This document shows positions 23,101 through 40,544 of a stretch of DNA of 64,000 nucleotides, in pieces. Position 1 is the first letter of the stretch; each line of letters opens with the position of its first letter. The notes beneath the pieces are model-generated. The model did no database searches. It was not told where the DNA came from and worked only from the letters and a program-made list of their open reading frames with translations. The stretch lies in assembly GCF_006345805.1 (NCBI RefSeq), contig NW_021836309.1:2922-66921 (forward strand), given 5' to 3'. The position numbers were made by a program, and so were the translations under genes. Source of the DNA: Octopus sinensis (taxonomy: Eukaryota).

Positions 23101-26100
23101 TGTATGTATATATGTGTATGTGTGTCCATTATGTATGTGTGTATGTATAAATATATGTATGTATATATGCATGTGTGTTTGTATGTATGTGTGTATGTAC
23201 GTGTGTATGTATGTATGTAAGTATGTGTGTATGTATGTATGGATGTATGTATGCGTGTATGTATGTATGTATGTGTGTGCCTATTATATATGTCTGTATG
23301 TATGTATATATGCATGTGTGTATGTACGTATGTCTGTATGTATGTATATATGTATGTATGTATGTATGTATGTGTGTATGTATGTATATATGCATGTAAG
23401 TATGTATGTATGTATGCATGTATGTATGTGTGTATGTATGTATGTATGTATGTATGCATGCATGTATATATGTATGCATGTGCGTATGTATGTATGCATG
23501 TATGTATGTATGTATGTATGTATGTATGTATGTGTGTATGTATGTATGTATGTATGTATTCATGTATGTATGTATGCATGTATGTATGTATGTATATATG
23601 TATGTATGTATGTATGTAGTAGGTATAAATGTATGTATGTATGTATGCATGTATATATGTATGCATGTAGGTATGTATGTATTTATGCATGTATGTATGT
23701 AGGTATGAATGTATGTAGGTATGCATGTATGTATGTATCTATATGTGTATGTATGTATATGTATGCATGTATGTATGAATGCATGTATGTATGCAGGTAT
23801 AGGTGTATGTATGTATGTTTGTATGTATGCAGTATGTATGTATGTATGTATTGTAGGTATGCATGTATGTATATGTGTGTATGTATCTATGTATGTACGT
23901 ATGCATGTATGTATGTATGTATGTATGTATGCATGTATGTATGTATGCATATATGTACGTATGTATGCATGTATGTATGTATATATGTATGTATGTATTA
24001 TGTAGGTATGCATGTTGTATGTGTATGTGTGTATGTATGTATGTATGTAAGTATGTATGCATGTATGTATGTATGTACGTATGTATGTGTGTATGTATGT
24101 ATGTATGTATGTATGTATGTGTGTGTCTATGATATATGTGTGTATATATGTGTGTATGTATGTATGTATGTATGTTTGAATGTATGTATTTATGTATGTG
24201 TGTATGTATGTATGTAAGTATGTGTGTATTTATGTAGTATGTATGTATGTATGTGTGTATGTATGTTTGTACATGTGTATGTATGTATATATGTACGTAT
24301 GTATGTATGTATTTATGTGTGTGTCTATTATGTATGTGTGTATGTATGTGTGTATGTATGTATATATGCATGTGTGTATGTACGTATGTCTGTATGTATG
24401 TATATATGTATGTATGTATCTATGTATGTATGTATGTGTGTATGTATGTATGTATGCATGCATGCATGTATGTATGTATGTATGTGTGTATGTGTGTATG
24501 TATGTGTGTGAATGTATGTATGCATGTATGTATGCATGTATACATGTATGTATGTATGTATGCATGTATGTGTGTATGTATGTATGTATGCATGTATATA
24601 TGTATGTATGTATGCATGTATGTATGTCTGTATGCATGTATATATGTATGTATGTATGTTTGTATGTATGTATATATGTATGTGTGTATGTATGTATGTA
24701 GGTATGCATGTATGTATGTATGTATGTATGTATGTATGCATGTACGTATGTATGTATGTATACATGTATGTTTGTATGTATGTATGTGTGTAGGTAGGTA
24801 TGTATGTATCTATGTGTGTATGTATGTATGTATGTATGTTTGCATGTATGTATGTAAGTACGTATGTATGCATGTATGTATGTATGTATGTATGCATGCA
24901 TGCATGTATGTATGTATGTATGTATGTATGTATGCGTACATGCATGTATGTATGTATGTATCTCTGTATGCATGTGTGTATGTATGTATGTATGTTTGCA
25001 TGTATCTATGTATGTATGCATGTGTGTATGTATGTGTGTATGTATGTATGCATGTATATATATATATATGCATGCATGTATGTATGTATATGTATGTATG
25101 TATGTGTGTATGTATGTATGTATGTATGTATGCATGTATGTATGTATGTATATATACATGTATATATGTATGTATGTATATATGTATGCATGTATGTATG
25201 TATGTATGTATGTTTTTTGTATGCATGTATGTATGTATGCATGAATGTATGCATGTATGTATGTATGTATGTATGCATGTATGTATGTATGTATGTATGT
25301 GTGTATGTATGTATGCATGCAGTATGCATGTATGTATGTGTTATGTAAGTATGTATGTAGTATGTATGAATGTATATATGTATGGTATGCATGTATGTAT
25401 GTATGTATGTGTGTATGTATGTATGTATGTATCTATGTATGCGTGTATGTATGCATGTATGCGTGTGTGTGTGTCTACTATATATTGGTGTGTATGTATG
25501 TATGTGTTGTATGTATGATGTATGTTTGTATGTGATGTGTATATTGTTTGTGTATGTATGATGTAAGTATGTTGTGTATGCATGTATGTATGCAGCATGC
25601 ATTATTACATGTGTATGTAACTATATAGTATGTATGTACGTATGTATGTGTGTGTCTATTATGTATGTATGTATGTCTGTGTATGTATGTATATATGCAT
25701 GTGTGTATGTATGCATGTCTGTATGTATGCATGCATGTATGTATGTATGTATGCATGTATGTTTGTATGTATGGCTGTATGTATGCATGTATGTATGTAT
25801 GTATGTATGTATGCATGTATGTATGTATGTATGTATGTATGTATGTGTGTATGTATGTATGTATGTGTGTGTGTCTATTATGTATGTGTGTATGTATAAG
25901 TGTATGTATGTATGTATGTATGTCTGTATGTGTGTATGTATGTACGTATGTATGTATATATGTAGTCTGTGTTATGTATGTATGGATTCATGTATGTGTG
26001 TATGTGTGTATGTATGTGTGTATGTATGTATGTATGTACATGTGTATGTATTATATATATGTAGGTATTTGTGTGTCTATTATGTATGTGTGTATGTATG

Positions 26101-29100
26101 TGTGTATGTATTTATATATTCATGGTGTATGTACGTATTTCTGTATGTATGTATATATGTATGTATGTAGTATTTGTTATGTATGTGATGTAATGTGTTG
26201 TAGTTAGTATAGTATGTATGTGTGTATGTATGTATGTATGTTGTATGTATGGTGTATGGTATGTGTATGTATGTTAGTGTGTGCAGTACTTATGTATGTA
26301 AGATGCATGTATGTATGTATGTACGTATGTAGGTATGTGTGTATGTATGTATGGATGTATGTATGTATGTATTCATGTATGTATGTATGTATGTATGCAT
26401 GTATGTATGTATGCATGTATATATGTATGTATGTATGTATGTATAAATGTATGTATGTATGTATGTATGCATGTATGTATGCATGTATTTATGCATGTAT
26501 GTATGTATGTATGGATGTATGTAGGTATGCATGTATGTATGTATCTATATGTGTATGTATGTATATATGTATGCATGTAAGTATGTGTACATGTATGTAT
26601 GTATGTATGTATGTTTGTATGTATGCATGTATGTATGTATGTATGTATGCATGTATGTATATATGTATGCATTTATGTACGTATGTATGCATGTATGTAT
26701 GTATGTTTATATGTATGTATGTATTATGTAGGTATGCATGTATGTATATGTGTATGAGTGTATGTATCTGTTTGTATGTATGTATGTTTGTATGTATGTA
26801 TGTATGCATGTATGCATGTATGTATGTATGTATGTATATATGTATGTGAGTATGTATGTATGCATGTATGTATGTATGTGTATATGTATGTATGTATGTA
26901 TGCATGTATGTACGTATGTATGCATGCATGCATGTATGTATGTATGTATGTGTGTATGTATGTATGTATGTAATTATGTATGCATGTATGTATGTATGTA
27001 TGTATGCGTGTATGTATGTATGTATGTATGGATGTATGTATGTATGTATGTATGTATGTGTGTGTCTATTATATATGTGTGTATGTGTTTGTCTATGAAT
27101 GTATGTATGTATGTTTGTATGTATGTATTTATGTAAGTATGTGTGTAATGTATGTATGTATGTGTGTATGTATGTATGTGTGTTGTATGTAGTATGCATG
27201 TGTATGTATGTATATATGTATGTATGTATGTATATATGTGAGTGTATATTATGTATGTGTGTATGTATGTGTGTATGTATGTATATATGCATGTGTGTAT
27301 GTATGTATGTCTGTATGTATGTATATATGTATGTATGTATGTATGTCTTTGTGTATGTATGTATGCATGGATGTATGTATGTATGTATGTATGTGTGTAT
27401 GTGTGTATGTATGTGTGTATGTATGTATGCATATATGTATGCATGTATGCATGTATGTATGTATGTATGTATGCATGTATGTGTGTATGAATGTATGTAT
27501 GCATGTATGTATGTATGTATGTATGTATGTATGTATGTATGTTTGTATGCATGTATATATGTATGCATGTATATTTGTATGTATGTATATATGTATGTAT
27601 GTTTGTATGTATGCATGTATGTATGTATGTATATATATATGTATGTATGTTTGTATGTATGTATATATGTATGTATATATGTATGTATGTATGTTTGTAT
27701 GTATGTATATATGTATGTATGTATGTATGTAGGTATGCATGTATGTATGTATGTATGTATGTATGTATGTTTGCATGTATGTATGCATGTACGTATGTAT
27801 GTATTTATACATGTATGTTTGTATGTATGTGTGTATGCATGCATGCATGTATGTATGTATGTATGTATGCTTACCTGCATGTTTGTATGTATGTATGTGT
27901 GTATGTATGTATGTATGTATGTATGTTTGCATGTATGTATGTATGTATGCATGCATGTATGTATGTATGTATGTATGTGTGTATGTATGTATGTATGTAT
28001 GCATGTATGCATGTATGTATGTATGTGTGTATGTCTGTGTGTATGTATATATGCATGTATGTATATATGCATGCATGTATGTATGTATGTATGTATGTAT
28101 GTATGCATGTATGTATGTATGTATGTATGTATATATGTATGCATGTATGTATGTATGTATGCATGTATGTATGTATGCATGAATGTATGCATGTATGTAT
28201 GTATGTATGCATGAGTGTATGTATGTATGTATGTATGTGTGTATGTATGTATGCATGCATGTATGTATGTATGTATGTGTGTATGTAAGTATGTATGTAT
28301 GTATGCATGTATGTATGTATGTATGCATGCATGTATGTATGTATGTATGTGTGTATGCATGTATGCATGTATGTATCTATGTATGTGTGTATGTATGTAT
28401 GTATGTATGTGTGTGTCTATTATATATGTGTGTATGTATGTGTGTATGTATGTTTGTATGTATGTTTGTATGTATCTATGGATGTGTGTATGTATGTACG
28501 TAAGTATATGTGTATGTATGTATGATTGTATGTATGTCTGTGTGTATGTATGTATGTATGTATGTATGTATGTATGTATGTATGCTTACCTGCATGTATG
28601 TATGTTTGTATGTGTGTATGTATGTATGTATGTTGTGTATGTATGGTGTTGCATGTATCTATGTTTGTATGCATGCATGTATGTATGTATGTATGTATGT
28701 GTGTATATAGTCTGTATGCATGTATGTATGCATGTGTGTATGTATGTGTGTATGTATGTATTCATGTATGTATATATGCATGCATGTATGTATATGTATG
28801 TGCATGTATGTATGTATGTATGTATGTATGTTGATATGCATGTATGTATGTATGTATGCATGTATGTATGCATGAATGTATGCATGTATGTATGTATGTA
28901 TATATGCATGTATGTATGTATTGTGTTGTATGTATGTTGTGTGTATGTATGTATGCCTGCATGTATGTATGTAAGTATGTGTGTATGTAAGTATGTATGT
29001 ATGTATGCATGTATGTATGTATGTAGGCATGTATGCATGTATGTATGTATGTATGTGTGTATGTATGTATGTATGTATGTATCTATGTATGTGTTATGTA

Positions 29101-30084
29101 TGTATGTATGTATGCATGTATGCTGTATGTATGTATGTGTGTATGTATTGTGTAGTTGTATGTATGCATGTATGTATATATGCATGCATGTATGTATGTA
29201 TGTATGTATGTATGCATGTATGTATGTAGTATGTATGTATGTATTATGTATGCATGTATGTATGTATGTATGCATGTATGTATGTATGCATGAAAGATGT
29301 ATGTATGCATGAATGCATGCATGTATGTATGTATCTATAAATGAGTGTATGTATGTATGTATGTATGTATGTATGTGTGTATGTATGTATGCATGCATGT
29401 ATGTATGTGTGTAGGTGTGTATGTAAGTATGTATGTATGTATGCATGTATGTATGTATGTATGCATGCATGTATGTATTTATGTATTGTGTTGTATGTAT
29501 GTATGTATGTATGTATCTATGTGTGTATGTAGTATGTATGTATGTGTGTGTCTATTATATATGTGTGTATGTATGTGTTATGTATGTTTTTGTATGTATG
29601 TATGTATGTTTGTATTATCTCTATGTATGTGTGTATGTATGTACGTAAGTATATGTGTATGTATGTATGTATGTATGTATGTATGTATGTGTGTGTGTAT
29701 GTATGTATGTATGTATGTGTGTATGTAGGCATGTATGTATTTACATGTGTATGTATGTATCTATGTATGTATGTATGTATGTATGTTTTTGTCTGTTATA
29801 TATGTGTGTATGTATGTGTGTATGTATGTATGTATGTATATTTGTATGTATGTATGTATGTGTGTATGTATGTATGTAAGTATATGTGTATGTATGTTTG
29901 TATGTATGTGTGTATGTATGTATGTATGTATGTGTGTATGTATGCATGTATGTATGTATGTTTGTATGCATGTATATATGTATGTATGTATGCATGTATG
30001 TATGTATGTATATATGTATGTATGTATGTTTGTATGTATGTATGTATGTATATATGTATGTATGTATGTATGTTTGTATGTATG

Positions 30085-30118
<34 letters not shown>

Positions 30119-33100
30119 GGTATGCATGTATGTATGTATGTATGTATGTATGCATGTACGTATATATGTATTTATACATGTATGTTTGTATGTATGTATG
30201 TGTGTAGGTAGGTATGTATGTATGTATCTATGTGTGTATGTATGTATGTATGTATGTTTGCATGTATGTATGTATGTACGTATGTATGCATGTATGTATG
30301 TATGAATGTATGCATGCATGCATGTATGTATGTATGTATGTATGTATGCTTACCTGCATGTATGTATGTATGTATGTGTGTATGTATGTATGTATGTTTG
30401 TATGTATGTATGTTTGCATGTATCTATGTTTGTATGCATGCATGTAAGTATGTATGTATGTGTGTGTGTATGTATGTATGTATGTATGCATGTATGTATG
30501 TATGTATGTATGTATGTGTGTATGTATGTGTGTATGTATGTATGCATGTATGTATATATACATGCATGTATGTATGCATGTATATATGCATGAATGTATG
30601 CATGTAAGTATGTATGTATATATGAATGTATGTATGTATGTATGTATGTATGTATGTATGTATGCATGCATATATGTATGTATGTATGTGTGTATGTATG
30701 TATGTATGCATGCATGCATGTATGTATGTATGTATGTGTGTATGTGTGTATGTATGTGTGTGAATGTATGTATGCATGTATGTATGCATGTATACATGTA
30801 TGTATGTATGTATGTATGTATGCATGTATGTGTGTATGTATGTATGTATGCATGTATATATGTATGTATGTATGCATGTATGTATGTATGTCTGTATGCA
30901 TGTATATATGTATGTATGTATGTTTGTATGTATGTATATATGTATGTGTGTATGTATGTATGTAGGTATGCATGTATGTATGTATGTATGTATGTATGCA
31001 TGTACGTATGTATGTATTCATACATGTATGTTTGTATGTATGTATGTGTGTAGGTAGGTATGTATGTATCTATGTGTGTATGTATGTATGTATGTATGTT
31101 TGCATGTATGTATGTAAGTACGTATGTATGCATGTATGTATGTATGTATGTATGCATGCATGCATGTATGTATGTATGTATGTATGTATGCTTACATGCA
31201 TGTATGTATGTATGTATCTCTGTATGTATGTGTGTATGTATGTATGTATGTATGTTTGCATGTATCTATGTATGTATGCATGTGTGTATGTATGTGTGTA
31301 TGTATGTATGCATGTATATATATATGCATGCATGTATGTATGTATGTATGTATGTATGTATGTATGTATGTGTGTATGTATGTATGTATGTATGTATGCA
31401 TGTATGTATGTATGTATATATACATGTATATATGTATGTATGTATATATGTATGCATGTATGTAGGTATGTATGTATGTATGTTTGTATGTATGCATGTA
31501 TGTATGTATGCATGAATGTGTGCATGTATGTATGTATGTATGTATGCATGTATGTATGTATGTATGTGTGTATGTATGTATGCATGCATGTATGCATATA
31601 TGTATGTGTTTATGTAAGTATGTATGTATGTATGTATGAATGTATATATGTATGTATGCATGCATGTATGTATGTATGTATGTGTGTATGTATGTATGTA
31701 TGTATCTATGTATGCGTGTATGTATGCATGTATGTGTGTTTGTGTCTACTATATATGTGTGTTTGTATGTTTGTATGTATGTATGTATGTATGTTTGTAT
31801 GTATGTATATTTGTGTGTATGTATGTATGTAAGTATGTGTGTATGTATGTATGTGTGTATGTATGCATGCATGTATCTACATGTGTATGTAACTATATAT
31901 GTATGTATGTACGTATGTATGTGTGTGTCTATTATGTATGTATGTATGTGTGTGTATGTATGTATATATGCATGTGTGTATGTATGCATGTCTGCATGTA
32001 TGCATGCATGTATGTATGTATGTATGTATGTATGCATGTATGTATGTATGTATGCATCTATGTATGTATGTATGTATGCATGTATGTTTGTATGTATGGC
32101 TGTATGTATGCATGTATGTATGTATGTACGTATGCATGTATGTATGTATGTATGTATGTATGTATGTGTGTATGTATGTATGTATGTGTGTGTGTCTATT
32201 ATGTATGTGTGTATGTATAAGTGTATGTATGTATGTATGTATGTATGTTTGTATGTATGTATGTACGTATGTACGTATATATGTAAGTATGTGTGTATGT
32301 ATGTATGGATGTATGTATGTGTGTATGTGTGTATGTATGTGTGTATGTATGTATGTATGTACATGTGTATATATGTATATATGTAGGTATTTGTGTGTCT
32401 ATTATGTATGTGTGTATGTATGTGTGTATGTATTTATATATTCATGTGTGTATGTACGTATGTCTGTATGTATGTATATATGTATGTATTTATGTATGTA
32501 TGTGTGTATGTATGTATGTATGAATGCATGTAAGTATGTATGTATGTATGTATGTATGCGTGTATGTATGTGTGTATGTATGCATGTATGTGTATATGTA
32601 TGCATGTACGTATGTATGTATGCATGTATGTATGTATGTATGTATGTAGGTATGTGTGTATGTATGTTTGGATGTATGTATGTATGTATTCATGTATGTA
32701 TGTGTGTATGCATGTATGTATGTATGCATGTATATATGTATGTATGTATGTATGTATAAATGTATGTATGTATGTATGTATGCATGTATGTATGCATGTA
32801 TTTATGCATGTATGTATGTATGTATGTATGGATGTATGTAGGTATGCATGTATGTATGTATCTATATGTGTATGTATGTATATATGTATGCATGTAAGTA
32901 TGTGTACTTGTATGTATGTATGTATGTATGTTTGTATGTATGCATGTATGTATGTATGTATGTATGCATGTATGTATATATGTATGCATTTATGTACGTA
33001 TGTATGCATGTATGTATGTATGTTTATATGTATGTATGTATTATGTAGGTATGCATGTATGTATATGTGTATGAGTGTATGTATGTCTGTATGTATGTAT

Positions 33101-36100
33101 GATGTTTGTATGTATGTATGTATGCATGTATGCATGTATGTATGTATGTATGTATATATGTTGTGAGTATGTATGTATGCATGTATGTATGTATGTGTAT
33201 GTATGTATGTATGTGTGTATGCATGTATGTACGTATGTATGCATGCATGCATGTATGTATGTATGTATGTGTATGTATGTATGTATGTAATTATGTATGC
33301 ATGTATGTATGTATGTATGTATTATGTATGTGTGTATGTATGTATGTATGTATGTATGTATGGATGTATGTATGTATGTATGTATGTGTGTGTCTATTAT
33401 ATATGTGTGTATGTGTGTGTCTATGAATGTATGTATGTATGTTTGTATGTATGTATTTATGTAAGTATGTGTGTATGTATGTATGTATGTGTGTATGTAT
33501 GTATGTGTGTATGTATGTATGTATGTACATGTGTATGTATGTATATATGTATGTATGTATGTATATATGTGAGTGTATATTATGTATGTGTGTATGTATG
33601 TGTGTATGTATGTATATATGCATGTGTGTATGTATGTATGTCTTTATGTATGTATATATGTATGTATGTATGTATGTCTTTGTGTATGTATGTATGCATG
33701 GATGTATGTATGTAGTATGTATGTATGTATGTGTGTATGTGTGTATGTATGTGTGTATGTATGTATGCATATATGTATGCATGTATGCATGTATGTATGT
33801 ATGTATGTATGTATGCATGTATGTGTGTATGAATGTATGTATGCATGTATGTATGTATGTATGTATGTATGTATGTATGTATGTTTGTATGCATGTATAT
33901 ATGTATGCATGTATATTTGTATGTATGTATATATATGATGTATGTTTGTATGTATGCATGTATGTATGTATGTATATATGTATGTATGTATGTTTGTATG
34001 TATGTATATATGTATGTATATATGTATGTATGTATGTTTGTATGTATGTATATGTATGTATGTATGTATGTAGGTATGCATGTATGTATGTATGTATGTA
34101 TGTATGTTTGCATGTATGTATGCATGTACGTATGTATGTATTTATACATGTATGTTTGTATGTATGTGTGTATGCATGCATGCATGTATGTATGTATGTA
34201 TGTATGCTTACCTGCATGTTTGTATGTATGTATGTGTGTATGTATGTATGTATGTATGTATGTATGTATGTTTGCATGTATCTATGTATGCATGCATGTA
34301 TGTATGTATGTATGTATGTATGTATGTATGTATGTATGTATGCATGTATGTATGTATGTATGTGTATGTCTGTGTGTATGTATGTATGCATATATGTATA
34401 TATGCATGCATGTATGTATGTATGTATGTATGTATGCATGTATGTATGTATGTATGTATGTGTGTATATATGTATGCATGTATGTATGTATGTATGCATG
34501 TATGTATGTATGCATGAATGTATGCATGTATGTATGTATGTATGCATGAGTGTATGTAAGTATGTATGTATCTATGTATGTGTGTATGTATGTATGTATG
34601 TATGTGTGTGTCTATTATATATGTGTGTATGTATGTGTGTATGTATGTTTGTATGTATGTATGTATGTTTGTATGTATCTATGGATGTGTGTATGTATGT
34701 ACGTAAGTATACGTGTATGTATGTATGTATGTATGTATGTATGTATGTCTGTGTGTATGTATGTATGTATGTATGTGTGTATGTATGCATGTATGTATTT
34801 ACATGTGTATGTATGTATCTATGTATGTACGTATGTATGTGTTTGTCTGTTATATATGTGTGTATGTATGTGTGTATGTATGTATGTATGTATGTATATT
34901 TGTATGTATGTATGTATGTGTGTATGTATGTATGTAAGTATGTGTGTATGTATGTTTGTATGTATGTGTATGTATGTATGTATGTATGTGTGTATGTATG
35001 CATGTATGTATGTATGTTTGTATGCATGTATATATGTATGTATGTATGTTTGTATGTATGTATATATGTATGTATGTATGTATGCATGTATGTATGTATG
35101 TATGTATATATGTATGTATGTATGTTTGTATGTATGTATGTATGTATGTATATATGTATGTATGTATGTATGTTTGTATGTATGTATATATGTATGTATG
35201 TATGTATGTAGGTATGCATGTATGTATGTATGTATGTATGTATGTATGTATGCATGTACGTATATATGTATTTATACATGTATGTTTGTATGTATGTATG
35301 TGTGTAGGTAGGTATGTATGTATGTATCTATGTGTGTATGTATGTATGTATGTATGTTTGCATGTATGTATGTATGTACGTATGTATGCATGTATGTATG
35401 TATGAATGTATGCATGCATGCATGTATGTATGTATGTATGTATGTATGTATGCTTACCTGCATGTATGTATGTATGTATGTGTGTATGTATGTATGTATG
35501 TTTGTATGTATGTATGTTTGCATGTATCTATGTTTGTATGCATGCATGTATGTATGTATGTATGTGTGTATGTATGTATGTATGTATGCATGTATGTATG
35601 TATGTATGTATGTGTGTATGTATGTGTGTATGTATGTATGCATGTATGTATATATGCATGCATGTATGTATGTATGTATGTATGCATGTATGTATGTATG
35701 TAAGTGTATGCATGTATGTATGTATGTATGCATGTATGTATGCATGAATGTATGCATGTGTGTATGTATGTATATATGCATGTATGTATGTATATATGTA
35801 TGTGTATGTATGTATGCATGCATGTATGTATGTAAGTATGTGTGTATGTAAGTATGTATGTATGTATGCATGTATGTATGTATGTATGCATGCATGTATG
35901 TATGTATGTATGTGTGTATGTATGTATGTATGTATGTGTGTGTCTATTATATATGTGTGTATGTATGTCTGTATGTATGTATGTATGCATGTATGCATGT
36001 ATGTATGTATGTGTGGTATGTCTGTGTGTATGTATGTATGCATGTATGTATATATCATGCATGTATGTTGTATTATGTATGTATGCATGTATGTATGTAT

Positions 36101-39100
36101 GTATGTATGTATATATGTATGCATGTATGTTATATGTATGCATGTATGTATGTATGCATGAATGTATGCATGTATGTATGTATGTATAAATGAGTGTATG
36201 TATGTATGTATGTATGTGTGTATGTATGTATGGCATGCATGTATGTATGTATGTATGTATGTGTGTATGTAAGTATGTATGTATGCATGTATGTATGTAT
36301 GTATGTATGCATGCATGTATGTATTTATGTATGTCTGTATGTATGTATGTATGTATGTATCTATGTATGTGTGTATGTATGTATGTATGTATGTGTGTGT
36401 CTATTATATATGTGTGTATGTATGTGTGTATTTATGTTTGTATGTATGTATGTATGTTTGTATGTATCTATGTATGTGTGTATGTATGTACGTAAGTATA
36501 TGTGTATGTATGTATGTATGTATGTATGTGTGTATGTATGTATGTATGTATGTATGTATGTGTGTATGTATGCATGTATGTATTTACATGTGTATGTATG
36601 TATCTATGTATGTATGTATGTATGTATGTATGTATGTGTTTGTCTGTTATATATGTGTGTATGTATGTGTGTATGTATGTATGTATGTATATTTGTATGT
36701 ATGTATGTATGTGTGTATGTATGTATGTAAGTATGTGTGTATGTATGTTTGTATGTATGTGTGTATGTATGTATGTATGTATGTATGGGTGTATGTATGC
36801 ATGTATGTATGTATGTTTGTATGCATGTATATATGTATGTATGTATGTTTGTATGTATGTATATATGTATGTATGTATGCATGTATGTATGTATGTATAT
36901 ATGTATGTATGTTTGTATGTATGTATGTATGTATATATGTATGTATGTATGTATGTGTGTATGTATGTATATATGTATGTATGTATGTATGTATGTAGGT
37001 ATGCATGTATGTATGTATGTATGTATGTATGTATGCATGTACGTATATATGTATTTATACATGTATGTTTGTATGTATGTATGTGTGTAGGTAGGTATGT
37101 ATGTATCTATGTGTGTATGTATGTATGTATGTATGTTTGCATGTATGTATGTATGTAAGTATGTATGCATGTATGTATGTATGAATGTATGCATGCATGC
37201 ATGTATGTATGTATGTATGTATATAGTATGTATGCTTACCTGCATGTATGTATGTATGTATGTTGTGTATGTATGTATGTATGTATGTTATGTATGTTTG
37301 TATATGTATGTTTGCATGTATCTATGTTTGTATGCATGCATGTATGTATGTATGTATGTGTGTATGTATGTATGTATGCATGTATGTATGTATGTATGTG
37401 TGTATGTGTGTGTGTATGTATGTATGCATGTATGTATATATGCATGCATGTATGTATGCATGTATATATGCATGAATGTATGCATGTATGTATGTATATA
37501 TGCATGTATGTATGTATGTATGTATGTATGTGTGTATGTATGTATGCATGCATGTATGTATGTATGTATGTGTGTATGTAAGTATGTATGTATGTATGCA
37601 TGTATGTATGTATGTATGCATGCATGTATGTATGTATGTGAGTATATATGTATGTATGTATCTATGTATATGTGTATGTATGTATGTATGTATGTGTGTG
37701 TCTATTATATATGTGTGTATGTATGTGTGTATGTATGTATGTATGTATGCATGTATGCATGTATGTATGTATGTGTGTATATCTGTGTGTATGTATGTAT
37801 GCATGTATGTATATATGCATGCACGTATGTATGTATGTATCTATGTATGTATGCATGTATTATGTATGTATATATGTATGCATGTATGTATGTATGTATG
37901 CATGTATGTATGTATGCATGAATGTATGCATGTATGTATGTATGTATAAATGAGTGTATGTATGTATGTATGTATGTATGTATGTGTGTATGTATGTACG
38001 CATGCATGTATGTATGTATGTATGTGTGTATGTAAGTATGTATGTATGTATGCATGTATGTATGTATGTATGCATGCATGTATGTATGTATGTATGTGTG
38101 TATGTATGTATGTATGTATGTATGTGTGTATCTATGTATGTATGTATGTGTGTGTCTATTATATATGTGTGTATGTATGTGTGTATGTATGTTTGTATGT
38201 ATGTATGTATGTTTGTATGTATCTATGTATGTGTGTATGTATGTACGTAAGTATATGTGTATGTATGTATGTATGTATGTATGTATGTATGTATGTCTGT
38301 GTGTATGTATGTGTGTATGTATGTATGTGTGTATGTATGCATGTATGTATTTACATGTGTATGTATGTATCTATGTATGTATGCATGTATGTATGTGTTT
38401 GCCTGTTATATATGTGTGTATGTATGTGTGTATCTATGTATGTATGTATATTTGTATGTATGTATGTACGTGTGTATGTATGTATGTAAGTATGTGTGTA
38501 TGTATGTTTGTATGTATGTGTGTATGTATGTTTGTATGTATGTGTGTATGTATGCATGTATGTATGTATGTTTGTATGCATGTATATATGTATGTATGTA
38601 TGTTTGTATGTATGTATATATGTATGTATGTATGTATGCATGCATGTATGTATGTATATATGTATGTATGTATGTTTGTATGTATGTATGTATGTATGTA
38701 ATATGTATGTTTGTATGTATGTTTGTATGTATGTATATATGTATGTATGTATGTAGGTATGCATGTATGTATGTATGTATGTATGTATGTATGCATGTAC
38801 GTATATATGTATTTATACATGTATGTTTGTATGTGTGTATGTGTGTAGGTAGGTATGTATGTATGTATCTATGTGTGTATGTATGTATGTATGTTTGCAT
38901 GTATGTATGTGTATGTACGTATGTATGCATGTATGTATGTATGAATGTATGCATGCATTCATGTATGTATGTATGTATGTATGTATGCTTACCTGCATGT
39001 ATGTATGTATGTATGTGTGTATGTATGTATGTATGTTTGTATGTATGTATGTTTGCATGTATCTATGTATGTATGCATGCATGTATGTATGTATGTATGT

Positions 39101-40511
39101 ATGTATGTGTGTATGTATGTATGTATGTATGTATGTATGTATGTATGTATGTATGTGTGTATGTATGTATGTGTGTATGTATGTATGCATGTATGTATAT
39201 ATGCTTGCATGTATGTATGTATGTATGCATGTATGTATGTATGTATGTATGTATGTATGCATGTATGTATGTATGTATGCATGTATGTATGCATGAATGT
39301 ATGCATGTATGTATGTATGTATATATGCATGTATGTATGTATGTATGTATGTATGTGTGTATGTATGTATCCATGCATGTATGTATGTATGTATGTGTGT
39401 ATGTAAGTATGTATGTATGTATGCATGTATGTATGTATGTATGTATGCATGCATGTATGTATGTATGTATGTATGTATGTATCTATGTATGTGTGTATGT
39501 ATGTATGTATGTGTGTGTCTATTATATATGTGTGTATGTATGTGTGTATGTATGTATGTATGTATGTTTGTATGTATGTATGTATGTGTGTGTGTATGTA
39601 TGTAAATATGTTATGTATGTATGTATGTATGTGTGTATGTATGTATGTATGTGTGTATGTATGCATGTATGTATGTACATGTGTATGTATGTATCTATGT
39701 AAGTATGTATGTATGTATGTGTGTGTCTATTATATATGTGTGTATGTATGTGTGTATGTATGTATGTATGTATGTTTGTATGTATGTATGTATGTGTGTA
39801 TGTATGTATGTACGTATGTGTGTATGTATGTATGTATGTATGTATGTATGTGTGTATGTATGTATGTATGTATGTGTGTATGTATGCATGTATGTATGTA
39901 CATGTGTATGTATATATCTATGTATGTATGTATGTATGTGTGTGTGTGTCTATTATGTATGCGTGTATGTGTGTGTGTATGTATGTATATATGCATGTGT
40001 GTATGTATGTATGTTTGTATGTATACATGCATGTATGTATGTTTGTATGTATGTATGTGTGTATGTATGTATGCATGTATGTATGTATGCATCTATGTAT
40101 GTATGTATGTATGCATGTATGTTTGTATGTATGGTTGTATGTATGCATGTATGTATGTATATATGTATGCATGCATGTATATATGTATGTGTGTATGTGT
40201 GTATGTACGTATGTATGTATGTGTGTGTGTCTATTATGTATGTGTGTATGTATAAGTGTAAGTATGTATGTATGTATGTATGTTTGTATGTATGTATGTA
40301 TGTACGTATGCATGTATGTATGTTAGTATGTGTGTATGTACGTATTCATGTATGTATGTGTGTATGTATGTATGTGTGTATTATGTATGTATGTATTTGT
40401 GTATGTATGTATATATGTATGTATGTGTGTGTCTATTATGTATTATGTATGCATGTATGTATGTATGTATGCATGTATGCATGTATGTATGTATGTATGT
40501 GTGTATGTATG

Positions 40512-40544
<33 letters not shown>

